Shown here one piece after another: positions 9,779 to 20,230 of a stretch of DNA of 64,000 nt. Position 1 is the first letter of the stretch. Every line of letters starts with the position of its first letter. A model generated the notes under the pieces. It worked only from the letters and a program-made list of their open reading frames with translations, was not told the DNA's origin and ran no database searches. The DNA is from an uncultured Alphaproteobacteria bacterium. GTDB lineage: Bacteria; Pseudomonadota; Alphaproteobacteria; CAAHEQ01; UBA3637. Where the stretch lies: positions 12,287 through 76,286 of the forward strand of contig CALXUR010000003.1 of the NCBI GenBank assembly GCA_944391735.1. Reading direction: 5' to 3'. A program made the translations under genes and the position numbers.

Positions 9779-10309
9779 TTATCGTTGGCGTTGAGCGTTG
9801 AACGCTTGTCGGAGAAAAGTGGGGCGATTGTTTCCAATTAGAACGATATCGGCAAAAACAGATGCTATTTTGCCGTCTTTGTATTCAACTTTACGAATGA
9901 GGCTGCCATTCGGAGCATAGTTTGTTTTTTGCGACGATTTTCCGTTTTCATCGAATTGAATCCTTTTCTTTATTGTGCCGTCATCATAAAATTCTGTTAT
10001 ACGTCACGGTGTTCCGAGTGAAGAGCACAGGATTGTTCGGATCAATGTATGATTCTTATCAAATGTTTCCCGAGACAGGGGTAATTGGTTGAAACCATAT
10101 TCCGTTTTGGATTTTAATTCCCCCGAGGCATCATATTTCCATTTCGTTTTCAGTTCATTGTTTGAATCATACTGTGTGCGGGATAGAATATGACCGTTTT
10201 GATCGTATTCATTTTTAAAACGACTGAAAGCGTTGTGTCCCGATTTTGTTTTAATATTGCCGTTTTCGTATCGTTCTATGGCTATATTCGATTGAGATGT
10301 ATCTGTCAT
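9779..10309 (-). pseudogene. Fragment of an RHS/YD-repeat protein gene, frameshifted and truncated
   Basis: Two minus-strand frames give consecutive YD repeats (YENGNIKTKSGHN..EYDQNGHIL..YDSNNEL..YDASGELKSKTEY and FYDDGTIKKRIQFDENGKS..YAPNGSLIRKVEYKDGKIAS). Only about 175 aa survive. AT-rich. Confidence 0.55.
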
Positions 10310-10501
10310 ATGATCCTCTGTTTATTAAGCCGATATATTTTGTTTTATATTATAACTATCCCTTTGTTTTATCAAGAAATATTTTTATCAAAGTATACGA
10401 AGAGGCGAAGAGGTTGTGTTTGGGGCAGTACTTTTTTTATTTTTTTAAGCTTGCCTTTTTTTATTCTTTCCTGTAACCTAAAAACAAAGAAGGAGAAAAC
10501 G

Positions 10502-11020
10502 ATGCGGATAAAATCATTATTAAGTATTTTAGGTGTTTTAACGGTATCAACCTCTGTTTGTGCCGCCGGCAACGGAATGGAAATTTTGGGAACATATGAT
10601 GCGTGGACGGCGTATGTGTTTCAGGATAAAGACGGAAAAGTATGTTACATGACCAGTGAGCCGACAAAGTCGCAAGGTAAATATAAAATTCGGGATGATG
10701 TTTTTTTATTTGTGACACATCGGATGGCGGATAAAACGTTTGACGTTGTTAATGTTATGGCCGGCTACACTTATCGCAAAGGATCCAAACCGACATTTAC
10801 GGTTGACAAGAAAAAACCGGTGTCTTTGGTATCTCATGCCGACACGGCATGGACCAAGGACGGTAAAACGGACAGGGTGTTGGTGGATCAGATGCGCAAG
10901 GGGAGCACGGCTGTTTTGAAAGGGACTTCGCAGCGCGGCACATTAACGACGGACACGTTTTCCCTGAAAGGATTTTCCAAAGCCTATCGGGCGATTCAAA
11001 AAGCATGCGGACGTGAATAA
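10502..11020 (+). CDS. Secreted protein, IalB-like (invasion-associated locus B family)
   Basis: RBS AAGGAGAAAAC then ATG. Signal peptide MRIKSLLSILGVLTVSTSVCAA. About 172 aa with a terminal Cys. Family resemblance is weak. Confidence 0.45.
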   Translation: MRIKSLLSILGVLTVSTSVCAAGNGMEILGTYDAWTAYVFQDKDGKVCYMTSEPTKSQGKYKIRDDVFLFVTHRMADKTFDVVNVMAGYTYRKGSKPTFTVDKKKPVSLVSHADTAWTKDGKTDRVLVDQMRKGSTAVLKGTSQRGTLTTDTFSLKGFSKAYRAIQKACGRE

Positions 11021-12082
11021 ATGAAAGAATTAATCGGCCTGAGCTTTGACGCGTTAACGCAGGAGTTGATTGCGATGGGGGAAAAGCCTTTTCGCGCCAA
11101 ACAGTTGTGGCATTGGATTTATAACAAAGGGGAAACGGATTTTTCCAAAATGACAACATTGGCCAAGCCGTTTCAAGCAAAATTGGCGGGATTGTATACG
11201 GTTACGCATCCGAAGATTGTAACCGAACAAACTTCGGTTGACCGAACGCGTAAATGGTTGGTTGAGTTTCAAGACGGAAAACAGGTGGAATGCGTGTATA
11301 TTCCGGAAGCCGACCGGGGGGCGGTGTGTATTTCGACACAGGTCGGTTGCGCCCAGGGATGTCGGTTTTGTCATACCGGAACGCAAAAGATGATGCGCAA
11401 CCTGACGGCAGGGGAAATTGTCGGACAATTCATGACCGCGCGGGACAGTTACGGGGAATGGCCGACGCCGACGGATGAGACGCGTTACCTGTCCAACATT
11501 GTTGTGATGGGAATGGGGGAGCCCCTTTATAACTTTGATCATTTAAAAACGGCTTTGCGGATTTTAATGGACGGTGACGGGATCGCGATTTCCAAGCGAA
11601 AAATCACGGTATCGACGGCCGGTATGGCGGATCATATCCCGGAGTTGGCGGATCTGGGGGTCAAGTTGGCGGTCAGTCTGCACGCGCCGAATGATGATAT
11701 TCGAAATCAAATTATGCCGATTAACCGTAAATTCCCGCTGAAGACTTTGATTGAGGCGTGTAAAGAATATCAACGTCGTTCCGAGCGACGGCAGTTCATC
11801 ACAATGGAATACGTGATGTTAAAAGGGATCAATGATCAGCCGGAACACGCGCGGGAATTGATGGAGCTTGTGAAAGGGTTGGAGGTTAAATTCAATCTGA
11901 TACCGTTCCATTATTGGGACGGTGCACCGTTTGAGCCCAGTAGTAACAATGCGATTCACCGGTTTTCCAAGATATTGGAGGAAAATTGGTTTGCGGCCCC
12001 TATTCGCCGGTCGCGGGGGGAAGACATTATGGCGGCCTGCGGGCAGTTGAAATCCGCAAAAGGCAACATTGACAAGGGGTAA
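11021..12082 (+). CDS. rlmN: 23S rRNA (adenine2503-C2)-methyltransferase, radical SAM
   Basis: CxxxCxxC radical-SAM motif (CAQGCRFCHTG) and overall RlmN similarity. Confidence 0.9.
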   Translation: MKELIGLSFDALTQELIAMGEKPFRAKQLWHWIYNKGETDFSKMTTLAKPFQAKLAGLYTVTHPKIVTEQTSVDRTRKWLVEFQDGKQVECVYIPEADRGAVCISTQVGCAQGCRFCHTGTQKMMRNLTAGEIVGQFMTARDSYGEWPTPTDETRYLSNIVVMGMGEPLYNFDHLKTALRILMDGDGIAISKRKITVSTAGMADHIPELADLGVKLAVSLHAPNDDIRNQIMPINRKFPLKTLIEACKEYQRRSERRQFITMEYVMLKGINDQPEHARELMELVKGLEVKFNLIPFHYWDGAPFEPSSNNAIHRFSKILEENWFAAPIRRSRGEDIMAACGQLKSAKGNIDKG

Positions 12083-12236
12083 GATATCATAAAGAAAAAC
12101 GATTATGAAAATCGTCTTTTATCCGGTTCAGGTTATTATTCAAAATAGAAGAGTGTCACAAAAGTGTCATTTGATTTTTGTATGCGTTTCGGGTATATAA
12201 TAAAACAGTTTTTTTAACAAAATGAGAGGAAATAAA

Positions 12237-13070
12237 ATGAAAACAGGTATTATGTCCGGTAAGAAAGGCTTGATTATGGGCGTTGCGAACGATCACTCCA
12301 TCGCTTGGGGGATTGCGAAAGCATTGGCCGATCAAGGTGCCGAACTAGCGTTCACGTATCAGGGGGAGACATTGGAAAAGCGGGTGCGTCCTTTGGCCGA
12401 ATCCGTCGGTTCCGATATTATGATTCCGTGCGATGTGTTGGATTCCGCTTCGATGGACGCTGCCTTTCGGACAATCAAAGACAAATGGGGCAAGATGGAC
12501 TTTGTGGTTCACGCCATTGCTTTTTCGGACAAGAACGAATTGAAAGGTCGGTATGTGGATACAACCGCCGCTAATTTCAGCAATTCGATGTTGATTTCCT
12601 GTTATTCTTTCACGGATGTTTGCCGTCGTGCCGCCGAATTAATGCCGGACGGCGGGTCATGCCTGACTCTGACATATTTGGGTGCGGAGCGGTATATTCC
12701 GAACTATAACGTCATGGGTGTGGCGAAAGCGGCGTTGGAGGCTTCCATCCACTTTATCGCGTTTGACCTGGGGCATCAAAACATTCGGGTTAACGCCATT
12801 TCCGCGGGGCCGGTTCGGACGTTGGCCGCGGCCGGTATCGGTGACTTCCGCCAGATTTTGGGTTGGACGGAAAACAACTCGGCTTTGTGTCGCAACGTGA
12901 CGATTGAAGACGTTGGCGGAACGGGTCTGTATTTGTGCAGTGATTTAGCATCAGGCGTAACGGGTGAAATCATCCATGTGGATGCGGGATACAGCCGTAA
13001 CGCGATGATTAATCCGAAGAATGCTCAAAAATCCGCGGAATTATTGAGTTCGTTTAAATTATCGGAATAA
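12237..13070 (+). CDS. fabI: Enoyl-[acyl-carrier-protein] reductase (NADH)
   Basis: GLIMGVANDHSIAWGIAK... with Tyr/Lys active-site region. RBS GAGAGGAAATAAA then ATG at 12237. Confidence 0.9.
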   Translation: MKTGIMSGKKGLIMGVANDHSIAWGIAKALADQGAELAFTYQGETLEKRVRPLAESVGSDIMIPCDVLDSASMDAAFRTIKDKWGKMDFVVHAIAFSDKNELKGRYVDTTAANFSNSMLISCYSFTDVCRRAAELMPDGGSCLTLTYLGAERYIPNYNVMGVAKAALEASIHFIAFDLGHQNIRVNAISAGPVRTLAAAGIGDFRQILGWTENNSALCRNVTIEDVGGTGLYLCSDLASGVTGEIIHVDAGYSRNAMINPKNAQKSAELLSSFKLSE

Positions 13071-13092
13071 GTTTCCACAGGCAGGAAAAGCA

Positions 13093-13125
13093 GACGCCCG
13101 TTTTATGACGGGCGTTTGTTTTTGT
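13093..13125. terminator. Hairpin between convergent fabI and murD-like, a likely bidirectional terminator
   Basis: GACGCCCG-ttttatga-CGGGCGT followed by TTGTTTTT. Confidence 0.5.
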
Positions 13126-13145
13126 GAGGGAGGATTCATATAAAA

Positions 13146-14405
13146 CTAAAGATCCGCCCAACGTCTGAAATCGTCTCCCCGTTCCGCAAAATTGGTATAC
13201 ATATTGTAACTGGGTGCCGCGGGGGATAATAAAATGGTGCCTCCCCGAGGGGTCATGTGTTGTGCGATATTAACGGCGGTCGGCATTTCCGATGTAATAC
13301 CGGTTTCGATGCCTGCTGTTTGCGCCATATCGGCCAATTTACTACCTGTATCGGGAAGGGTGACCAAACGGATTCGGTCTTTATGTTCGGCCATATAGGC
13401 GACCAAAGCGGTATAATCCTGTCCCCGATCCAAACCGCCGGCAATCAGCGTGATGGCCTGACCTTTATCAAGGGCTTTCAAGGCGGCGATGGCGGTTTCG
13501 GGGGTTGTTGAGATACTGTCGTCGACATAGGCAATGCCGTTCCGGTGTCCGATGGTTTGCAAGCGATGAGGCAGCGCGTGAAAGGTTTTAAACGCGTCAG
13601 CGCAAGCGGCCGGTTGCAACCCCAACAAGTCGACGACCGTCAAGACGGCGCAAGCGTCTTCGGCGTTGTGCAGACCGGGCAGGGGTAAATCCGATATCGG
13701 AAACAAAGGGAAGGCATCGTTATAGAACCACCCTTTAGAAATATGGATAGCCGATTCGGCGTTGAAATAAACCGCGGAAATATCCGATGTCAAGCGGGAG
13801 GTTTGATCACTTGTCGCATTCAGGACGGCTTGTCGCGCCAATCGAATCATGTGCAATTTATCTTCATAATACCGTTCGTGTGAGGTATGCCACTGGAGAT
13901 GTTCCGGATACAGATTGATTAGAACGCCTATGTCCGGGCGACCGGTTAAATCGGCGCATTGATAACTGGACATTTCGGCGACAATATAATCAGCGTCTGT
14001 ATCGACCAACGTTAACAACGGCACCCCGATATTGCCGCCCAACTCGACAGATTGTCCCAAATGTTTCAAGGTATGCGCCAACAGAGCCGAGGTTGTGCTT
14101 TTGCCTTTGGTGCCTGTTATGGCGATGACATGCGTTGTTTCTTTTTTGTTGGCAAAAAACAGGTTAGTGCCGGAGGTCACTGTAATGCCCTTTTGAACGG
14201 CCTCTTGTATTTCGGGGCGATACAGGCTGACCCCGGGAGATTTGACCAGAACATCACATTTTAAAATATCGGGCGTGTTGGCTTCCTCAATTTCGATTAA
14301 TTTAGCCGTCGGGCAATGATCGGATATAGCTTTCCAGGCGGTTTGACCCTCCTTACCCATACCCCAGATTCCGATTTTTTTATGCTCTAAATTGTGCCAA
14401 TACAT
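13146..14405 (-). CDS. murD: Mur ligase family, MurD-like UDP-N-acetylmuramoylalanine-D-glutamate ligase paralog
   Basis: ITGTKGKSTT P-loop, LGGNIGVPLL, EMSSYQ, LPHRLQ...NGIAYVDDSISTTPETAIAAL, LSPAAPSYNMYTNFAERG: MurD signature blocks. It is not in a dcw cluster context. Confidence 0.8.
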   Translation of the reverse strand: MYWHNLEHKKIGIWGMGKEGQTAWKAISDHCPTAKLIEIEEANTPDILKCDVLVKSPGVSLYRPEIQEAVQKGITVTSGTNLFFANKKETTHVIAITGTKGKSTTSALLAHTLKHLGQSVELGGNIGVPLLTLVDTDADYIVAEMSSYQCADLTGRPDIGVLINLYPEHLQWHTSHERYYEDKLHMIRLARQAVLNATSDQTSRLTSDISAVYFNAESAIHISKGWFYNDAFPLFPISDLPLPGLHNAEDACAVLTVVDLLGLQPAACADAFKTFHALPHRLQTIGHRNGIAYVDDSISTTPETAIAALKALDKGQAITLIAGGLDRGQDYTALVAYMAEHKDRIRLVTLPDTGSKLADMAQTAGIETGITSEMPTAVNIAQHMTPRGGTILLSPAAPSYNMYTNFAERGDDFRRWADL

Positions 14406-15699
14406 TTTCTGCCAGCTCCTTAGGTATTAAATGGGATGCGGCGGGGGTAAATATCAAGCCCTCCGCCGGAAAGGGAACACATGATTTCAATGCGTGAATA
14501 ACGGTGTCGTTTTGCCAATTCGGGCGTGCTGCCAACTGATGAAAAGCCCAGCGGGATTCATCGAATTCGCCGACACATTCAAACGGTTTGTGTCCGGACA
14601 AACCCAACAATTCACGATAGCCTTCAATTTGTTCGGCATCGTTGAGCGGATTGTTTCCGACAAGGCGAATCAAGGTATCTTTATCCATAAACGGTGCCAG
14701 GATTAAAAAGACGAAACGGCATTTATCACAGGTTCCGCACCAACGGTCAAGGCGTTTTGTTTTATCTAATTTAAAAGCTTTGTTACAGCTGGTAAACAGG
14801 GGAAAATAATCGGGGCACAAAGTGGAAAACAGGCGGGCGATATGGGCTTCGGACAGCGGGCGCAAAAGTGAGAAATAGCGAAAGTCCGGGGTTATTGTTT
14901 GTGTTATTTTGAAGAAGTCACGTTCAAAATCCAAAGATTTACTGTATTGATGATTAATGACCAGACTTCCCTGTATCAGGTTGCCGGAACTGGCCGACCG
15001 TTCACAGGACATGACAACATATTTTTTGTCATACAAAACGGCGGCAGCCCACAGGATAAATGCCAAAATGCCGGTAATCGGAACATGACCGTTATACACG
15101 TGTCCGGCGGTATTCAATTCGATCAGGCGCGGATCTATCCGGCGGCTTAAAACAAAAGAGGGCAGACCCGCGCTTTCCATACAATCACGTATCGGGCGCG
15201 GCGCGCCTATGGCGATTGTGGCGGCGGGTAAATCGGTTTGTTTGATGAGCTCAACGGTAACACAGGAATCTTTTCCGCCGCCGACGGGAATCAAGGCATT
15301 ATAGGGTAAACGGAGATCAATCGCCCGGCGTTGTGCGTTTTTATCCGAGGGAAAATGAATTTGACCTTGTAAATTTAAATTGTTTCTGACGGCAAATTCG
15401 CCCAATCCGTTTAAATAAAAACGGTTGAAAAAGGCGGCTTCATCGATGGTCAGCGGTTGCGTTTCCACAATTAGATTTGGGGGCAAAAAGGCCTTATAAT
15501 AACTGATCCCCGCAGCGATATGAAGCAGGTGGAAAATCTGATCCAAAACATATTTTTTGGCGGGGGATAAGTGAAGCGGTGCGTCCGGAAAAATAATTTG
15601 TTCGGAAAAGGTTTCATCGTTATCCACGGCATAGGTCAGAGTTAAAATTCCCGTTTCCGATGAAAAATCAACATTTTTATAATAAAAAGCCTTGCACAA
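14380..15699 (-). CDS. PP-loop (GGGKDS) ATP pyrophosphatase-family protein with a C-terminal CGTCDKC Cys cluster. Function unknown; candidate MurL-like partner of the adjacent MurD-like ligase.
   Basis: VGGGKDSCV PP-loop-like motif near residue 130. The C-terminal CxxCxxC recalls QueC-type zinc sites. The 3' end overlaps the murD-like start by 26 nt, so they form an operon. Confidence 0.45.
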   Translation of the reverse strand: MCKAFYYKNVDFSSETGILTLTYAVDNDETFSEQIIFPDAPLHLSPAKKYVLDQIFHLLHIAAGISYYKAFLPPNLIVETQPLTIDEAAFFNRFYLNGLGEFAVRNNLNLQGQIHFPSDKNAQRRAIDLRLPYNALIPVGGGKDSCVTVELIKQTDLPAATIAIGAPRPIRDCMESAGLPSFVLSRRIDPRLIELNTAGHVYNGHVPITGILAFILWAAAVLYDKKYVVMSCERSASSGNLIQGSLVINHQYSKSLDFERDFFKITQTITPDFRYFSLLRPLSEAHIARLFSTLCPDYFPLFTSCNKAFKLDKTKRLDRWCGTCDKCRFVFLILAPFMDKDTLIRLVGNNPLNDAEQIEGYRELLGLSGHKPFECVGEFDESRWAFHQLAARPNWQNDTVIHALKSCVPFPAEGLIFTPAASHLIPKELAENVLAQFRA

Positions 15700-15778
15700 A
15701 ATCTTTTTTCCTTTTACAATCTGAAATAACGTATATTGTATACATATTTTATCATTTTTTCAAGGGGAGAATGTGTGA

Positions 15779-16443
15779 TGTCTGTTATCTCAAAAATAAA
15801 AACGGCGAATGTGGTTTTTGTGTTATTGATGATTTCTTTGGGGGTTGTAGGATATCTGGCTTTCAGAGATGTGTTTCGAACGCCCGAGGAACAATTGGCG
15901 TATGGGATTGAAATGCTGGATAAAAAACAATATGGAGCGGCTGAACGGGCTTTGTCGAAGGCAACGGACGGCACTTCAAAAGAAACGGTTATTCAAGCGG
16001 CGTGGCGGTTGGGCAATTTATACCGGATCGGCGCGGACGGATTTCCCGTGAACGGTCCGAAAGCCGAGATGTTCTTGGAAAAGGCCGCTTCTTTAGGGTA
16101 TGCGCCGGCGCAATATGAATTGGCTTTGATGTATGACGTGGGGGACAAAATACCCGAAAACAGGCAGAAAGCCGTCGGATGGATGAATTATGCGGCTCAG
16201 GCCGGATTACCGGAGGCTTTATACGGTTTGGGCGTTTGGGCCGAGCGCGGATATATGGGGACACCGGATATGGGTAAGGTTATAACGTTATATAAAGCGG
16301 CGGCGACCAAGGGGCATATTAACGCGATGAAAAGTCTGATTGTTTTATATGGCGACGGGTTCGGCGGTTTTCCGCACAACCTTGAATGGTCGGCATATTG
16401 GTTGAATGAATTAAATAAAAAAGCAGAGGAACAAAAGAAATGA
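15779..16443 (+). CDS. Sel1-repeat (TPR-like) membrane-anchored protein
   Basis: RBS AAGGGGAG. N-terminal TM segment. Repeated AxxxLGxxYxxG Sel1 motifs. Confidence 0.7.
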
Positions 16444-18962
16444 CATTAAAGTATCGGAAAGACTATCAAGCACCACATTATCGGTTGCCGACGACGGAAT
16501 TGGATTTTAAATTGGATCCGACGGATACGATTGTAAAAGCGCGGTTGACGTTTAAAGAATATGACACCCGCCGCCCCTTGGTTTTAAACGGGCAATATAT
16601 GGAGTTATCGGAGATTCGTTTGAATGGGGACGTGTTATCGCGGGATGATTATGCGTTAACGGACAAAACGTTAACGATTTCGCCCGTTAAACCCGATTTC
16701 GTTTTGGAGACAACGGTGCATATCAATCCGGAGGCGAATACGCGTTTGATGGGGCTTTATACGTCGAACGGTATGTTTTGCACACAATGTGAGCCGGAGG
16801 GATTTCGCAGTATCACGTATTATCCGGATCATTCGGATGTGCCGAGTCGGTGGACGGTAACGATTCATGCCGATCGGACAAAATATCCGGTTTTATTGTC
16901 GAACGGGAACAAGGTGAAAGACGAAGGCAACACGGTTGTTTTTGAGGATCCTTTCAATAAACCGAGTTATTTGTTCGCTTTGGTAGCCGGGGATTTAGAT
17001 TCGTTACACGATACGTTTCAGACACTGTCCGGCAAGAGTGTCCGGTTGGGGCTTTATTGTGAAAAAGGAAAAAAGGATCGGTTGGGATGGGCGATGGACG
17101 CTTTGAAAAAGGCAATGGCCTGGGACGAACGCCGGTTCGGATTGGAATATGATTTGGATTCATTCAACATTGTGGCCGTGTCGCATTTTAATGCCGGCGC
17201 GATGGAAAACAAGTCTTTAAACATTTTCAACGACGCGGCATTGTTGGCTTCTCCGGATACGGCGACGGATGCGACGTATGAATATATTGAGCATGTCATC
17301 GCGCACGAATATTTCCATAACTACAGCGGCGATCGGGTAACGCTTCGCAGTTGGTTTGAATTGTCTTTAAAAGAGGGGTTTACGGTCTTTCGGGATCAGG
17401 AATTCGGATATGATGTGCGGTCGCGTGCCGTCGGACGGATTGATGACGCAATCACGTTGCGGTCGTATCAGTTCCCCGAAGATGACGGGCCTTTGTCGCA
17501 CCCGGTTCGTCCGGACGCTTATCATGAAATCGAAAACTTTTATACATTGACGATTTATGAAAAAGGGGCGGAAGTCATCCGGATGCAACAGGCGATTGTA
17601 GGGGATGAAGCTTTCCGGAAGGGGTGTGATATTTATTTCAGCCGATATGACGGGCAGGCGGTTACGATTGACGAGTTTGTCAAAGCGATTGAAGACGGAT
17701 CCGGCGTTGACATGACGCAATTCAAACAATGGTATTCCGTCGCCGGCCGACCGCGGGTCGCCGTTCGGACAAGTTGGCAAGACGGAACGTTCACGGTTCA
17801 ATTGAGTCAGACACACAAAACGTGTCCGACCCCGTTTGTCATTCCATTGAAATACGGATTGGTCGGGGCTGACGGAAAAGATATGCGGACGGGAACATTT
17901 ATTTTAGATCAGGCCGATCAGACTTTTACATTTGATCAGTTGCCTGAAAAGCCGGTGTTATCAATCAATCGGTTCTTTACGTCTCCGGTGGATGTTGACA
18001 TAACCTATACGGATGAGGAACGGTTGCGTTTAATGACGTATGATTCGGATTTATTTAATCGGTATGATGTCGGTCATCAATATGCGTTGGAGGCGATGGC
18101 TGATATGGTTAAAAACAAACGTTTTGAACCGGATATGAAGGTCATTCGGGCATTGGGATCGTATTTGACGCAGCCGGGGTTGGACAAAGCTTTCTTGGCG
18201 CGGGCGATTGTTCTTCCGACGGAGGAAGATTTGGTTGACCGGTTGGATGAAGTTGACATTGAAGCGGTTAAGGAAGCGCGTCGGGTAATGCGGCAGGCTT
18301 TCGCGGACACATACTATGCCGATTTATTACGGTTGTATCGGGAAAACGAAGTATCGGGAGCCTATAAGCCCGATGCCGAATCGGCTGCAAGGCGGGCGGT
18401 GCGAAACGTCGCTTTGGGATATTTGGCTTTGACGTTCCATAAAGATTTGGTTTGGGCGCAATATCAGGCGGCCGATAATTTAACGGACAGGTTATCCGCG
18501 TTAAGTATTTTAGTGAATAATGATTTGGACGACAAAGACGAGGCGTTGGCCGATTTTTACAATCGTTACAAAGGGGACGACCTGGTTTTGAACAAGTGGT
18601 TTGCGATACAGGCGCGTGCTCCGAAAGGCGACGCGTTGGCGGTTGTTAAAGGGTTAATTAATCATCCGGTATTTGATTATAAAAACCCGAACAAAGTGCG
18701 TGCCGTTATCGGGGCGTTTTCGGGAAATCTGGGTGCTTTTAATCGGGCGGACGGCGAAGGCTATCGTTTCTTTGCCGGACAGTGCGCATTGATTGATAAA
18801 TTAAATCCGCACTTGTCGGCGCGGTTGTTGACAGCGTTTTCAAAATATCGCAAGTTTGACGCGACACGGCAGTCGGCGGCGCGTGAGGTTATGACGAACC
18901 TGTTGGCTATTGATGATTTGTCGACGAATGCGCGTGAAACGGTTGAACGGATTATGGCATAG
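16440..18962 (+). CDS. pepN: Aminopeptidase N (M1 family)
   Basis: GAMEN and HEYFHNYSGDRVT (HExxH-x18-E) motifs. 840 aa. Confidence 0.95.
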   Translation: MTLKYRKDYQAPHYRLPTTELDFKLDPTDTIVKARLTFKEYDTRRPLVLNGQYMELSEIRLNGDVLSRDDYALTDKTLTISPVKPDFVLETTVHINPEANTRLMGLYTSNGMFCTQCEPEGFRSITYYPDHSDVPSRWTVTIHADRTKYPVLLSNGNKVKDEGNTVVFEDPFNKPSYLFALVAGDLDSLHDTFQTLSGKSVRLGLYCEKGKKDRLGWAMDALKKAMAWDERRFGLEYDLDSFNIVAVSHFNAGAMENKSLNIFNDAALLASPDTATDATYEYIEHVIAHEYFHNYSGDRVTLRSWFELSLKEGFTVFRDQEFGYDVRSRAVGRIDDAITLRSYQFPEDDGPLSHPVRPDAYHEIENFYTLTIYEKGAEVIRMQQAIVGDEAFRKGCDIYFSRYDGQAVTIDEFVKAIEDGSGVDMTQFKQWYSVAGRPRVAVRTSWQDGTFTVQLSQTHKTCPTPFVIPLKYGLVGADGKDMRTGTFILDQADQTFTFDQLPEKPVLSINRFFTSPVDVDITYTDEERLRLMTYDSDLFNRYDVGHQYALEAMADMVKNKRFEPDMKVIRALGSYLTQPGLDKAFLARAIVLPTEEDLVDRLDEVDIEAVKEARRVMRQAFADTYYADLLRLYRENEVSGAYKPDAESAARRAVRNVALGYLALTFHKDLVWAQYQAADNLTDRLSALSILVNNDLDDKDEALADFYNRYKGDDLVLNKWFAIQARAPKGDALAVVKGLINHPVFDYKNPNKVRAVIGAFSGNLGAFNRADGEGYRFFAGQCALIDKLNPHLSARLLTAFSKYRKFDATRQSAAREVMTNLLAIDDLSTNARETVERIMA

Positions 18963-18971
18963 GGAGGATAC

Positions 18972-19646
18972 ATGGAAAACTTGGAAAAAGTTGTTGCCGA
19001 TTTAAATGTTTTAAACGATCAAGCCCGGTTCGCGGAGGCGTTGGCCGAGGTAGAAAACATCTTAAATCAAGAGCAAGAGGAATCGTCCCTGTATGTGGTT
19101 AAAGGAAACGCTTTGTATGGGCTCGGTCGGTTTGAGGAGGCGTTGGCATCGTATGCGCAGGCGATTGAGGTCGATACGTTTGATGTTCAAGCACGCTGTA
19201 ATTACGGGTCGACGCTCTACACACTCGGTCGGTATGTGGATGCTTTGAATGCTTGTGATGCCGCTATTTTAACGGATGAGACCTTTGCGCCGTCCTATGT
19301 GAACGCGGCGCATTGTCTGGTGGCTTTACGGCATGAGGAAGAGGCCGTTTACGCTTTGCGTCAGGCCTTTGTCTTGGAGCCGAACGACGCGGCTCTGGGG
19401 CGGACGGTTGCGGATATGGCCGCCGACCTGGAAGATTATGACGTTGCGCGGGACACGTATTTTGCCGTGGCGGCGTTGCCGGATGCCGCGCCGGATACGG
19501 CGGAAGCCATTTATCACTTTTTTATGAAAGCCAAAGAAAACGGGGTGGAACGTATCACTTTAATGAAAGATATTGATTTATGGCGTCAAAAATTCGGGCG
19601 GAATCCGGAGGTTTTAAGATTATCCGGTGAGTTGTTAAAGGGATAG
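18972..19646 (+). CDS. TPR repeat protein
   Basis: Tandem TPR-like helical repeats. RBS AGGGAGG. Confidence 0.65.
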   Translation: MENLEKVVADLNVLNDQARFAEALAEVENILNQEQEESSLYVVKGNALYGLGRFEEALASYAQAIEVDTFDVQARCNYGSTLYTLGRYVDALNACDAAILTDETFAPSYVNAAHCLVALRHEEEAVYALRQAFVLEPNDAALGRTVADMAADLEDYDVARDTYFAVAALPDAAPDTAEAIYHFFMKAKENGVERITLMKDIDLWRQKFGRNPEVLRLSGELLKG

Positions 19647-19733
19647 CGGTTCACTTTAAAAGAAAAGATTTGCTTTTTGATTGGAAAAGCTGTATCCTGA
19701 CACAGATTAAACTGTAATAGGAAAGGAAAAAAT

Positions 19734-20216
19734 ATGGCAGGCAGTATTAATAAGGTCACTTTGGTCGGTAATTTGGGGCGGGATCCGGAAATTCGTCACA
19801 CCAATGCCGGACAAAAAATCGTTCACTTATCAGTGGCGACATCAGACACATGGAAAGACAAATCCGGGGAACGTCAAGAACGGACGGAATGGCATCGTGT
19901 TGTCGTATTTAACACCAATTTGGCCGATTTTGCGGAGCGATTCTTAAAAAAAGGGTCAAAGGTTTATGTTGAGGGAGCTTTGCAAACACGTAAATATACA
20001 GATGCTTCCGGACAGGAAAAGTTTACGACGGAAGTTGTTTTGGGTGCTTATCGTGGTGAGTTGGTTCTTTTGGATAATCGTAACTCAAATACAGACATGG
20101 GGATGTCCTCCGATACTTCATCGGCTGCTTCGATGGATAATACGGCTTCTAACGGCTGGGATAGTGCTTCGTCAAGCGGTGAGGCTGGCGGTTTTGATGA
20201 TGAGATTCCGTTTTAG
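19734..20216 (+). CDS. ssb: Single-stranded DNA-binding protein
   Basis: OB-fold N-terminus, Gly/Ser-rich tail ending DDEIPF. Confidence 0.95.
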   Translation: MAGSINKVTLVGNLGRDPEIRHTNAGQKIVHLSVATSDTWKDKSGERQERTEWHRVVVFNTNLADFAERFLKKGSKVYVEGALQTRKYTDASGQEKFTTEVVLGAYRGELVLLDNRNSNTDMGMSSDTSSAASMDNTASNGWDSASSSGEAGGFDDEIPF

Positions 20217-20230
20217 GAGAATTAAAACTA

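Noticed and set aside
10190-10501. 104-aa N-terminal extension of the IalB-like ORF
   Set aside because: The extension is AT-rich intergenic sequence with no RBS. A strong RBS (AAGGAGAAAAC) precedes the Met at 10502, which begins a typical signal peptide.
12150-12201. Direct repeat GTGTCAc-aaaa-GTGTCAt and a TATAAT-like box upstream of fabI as a regulator operator/promoter
   Set aside because: The -35 match is poor and the repeat is short. It was not included as a feature for lack of support.
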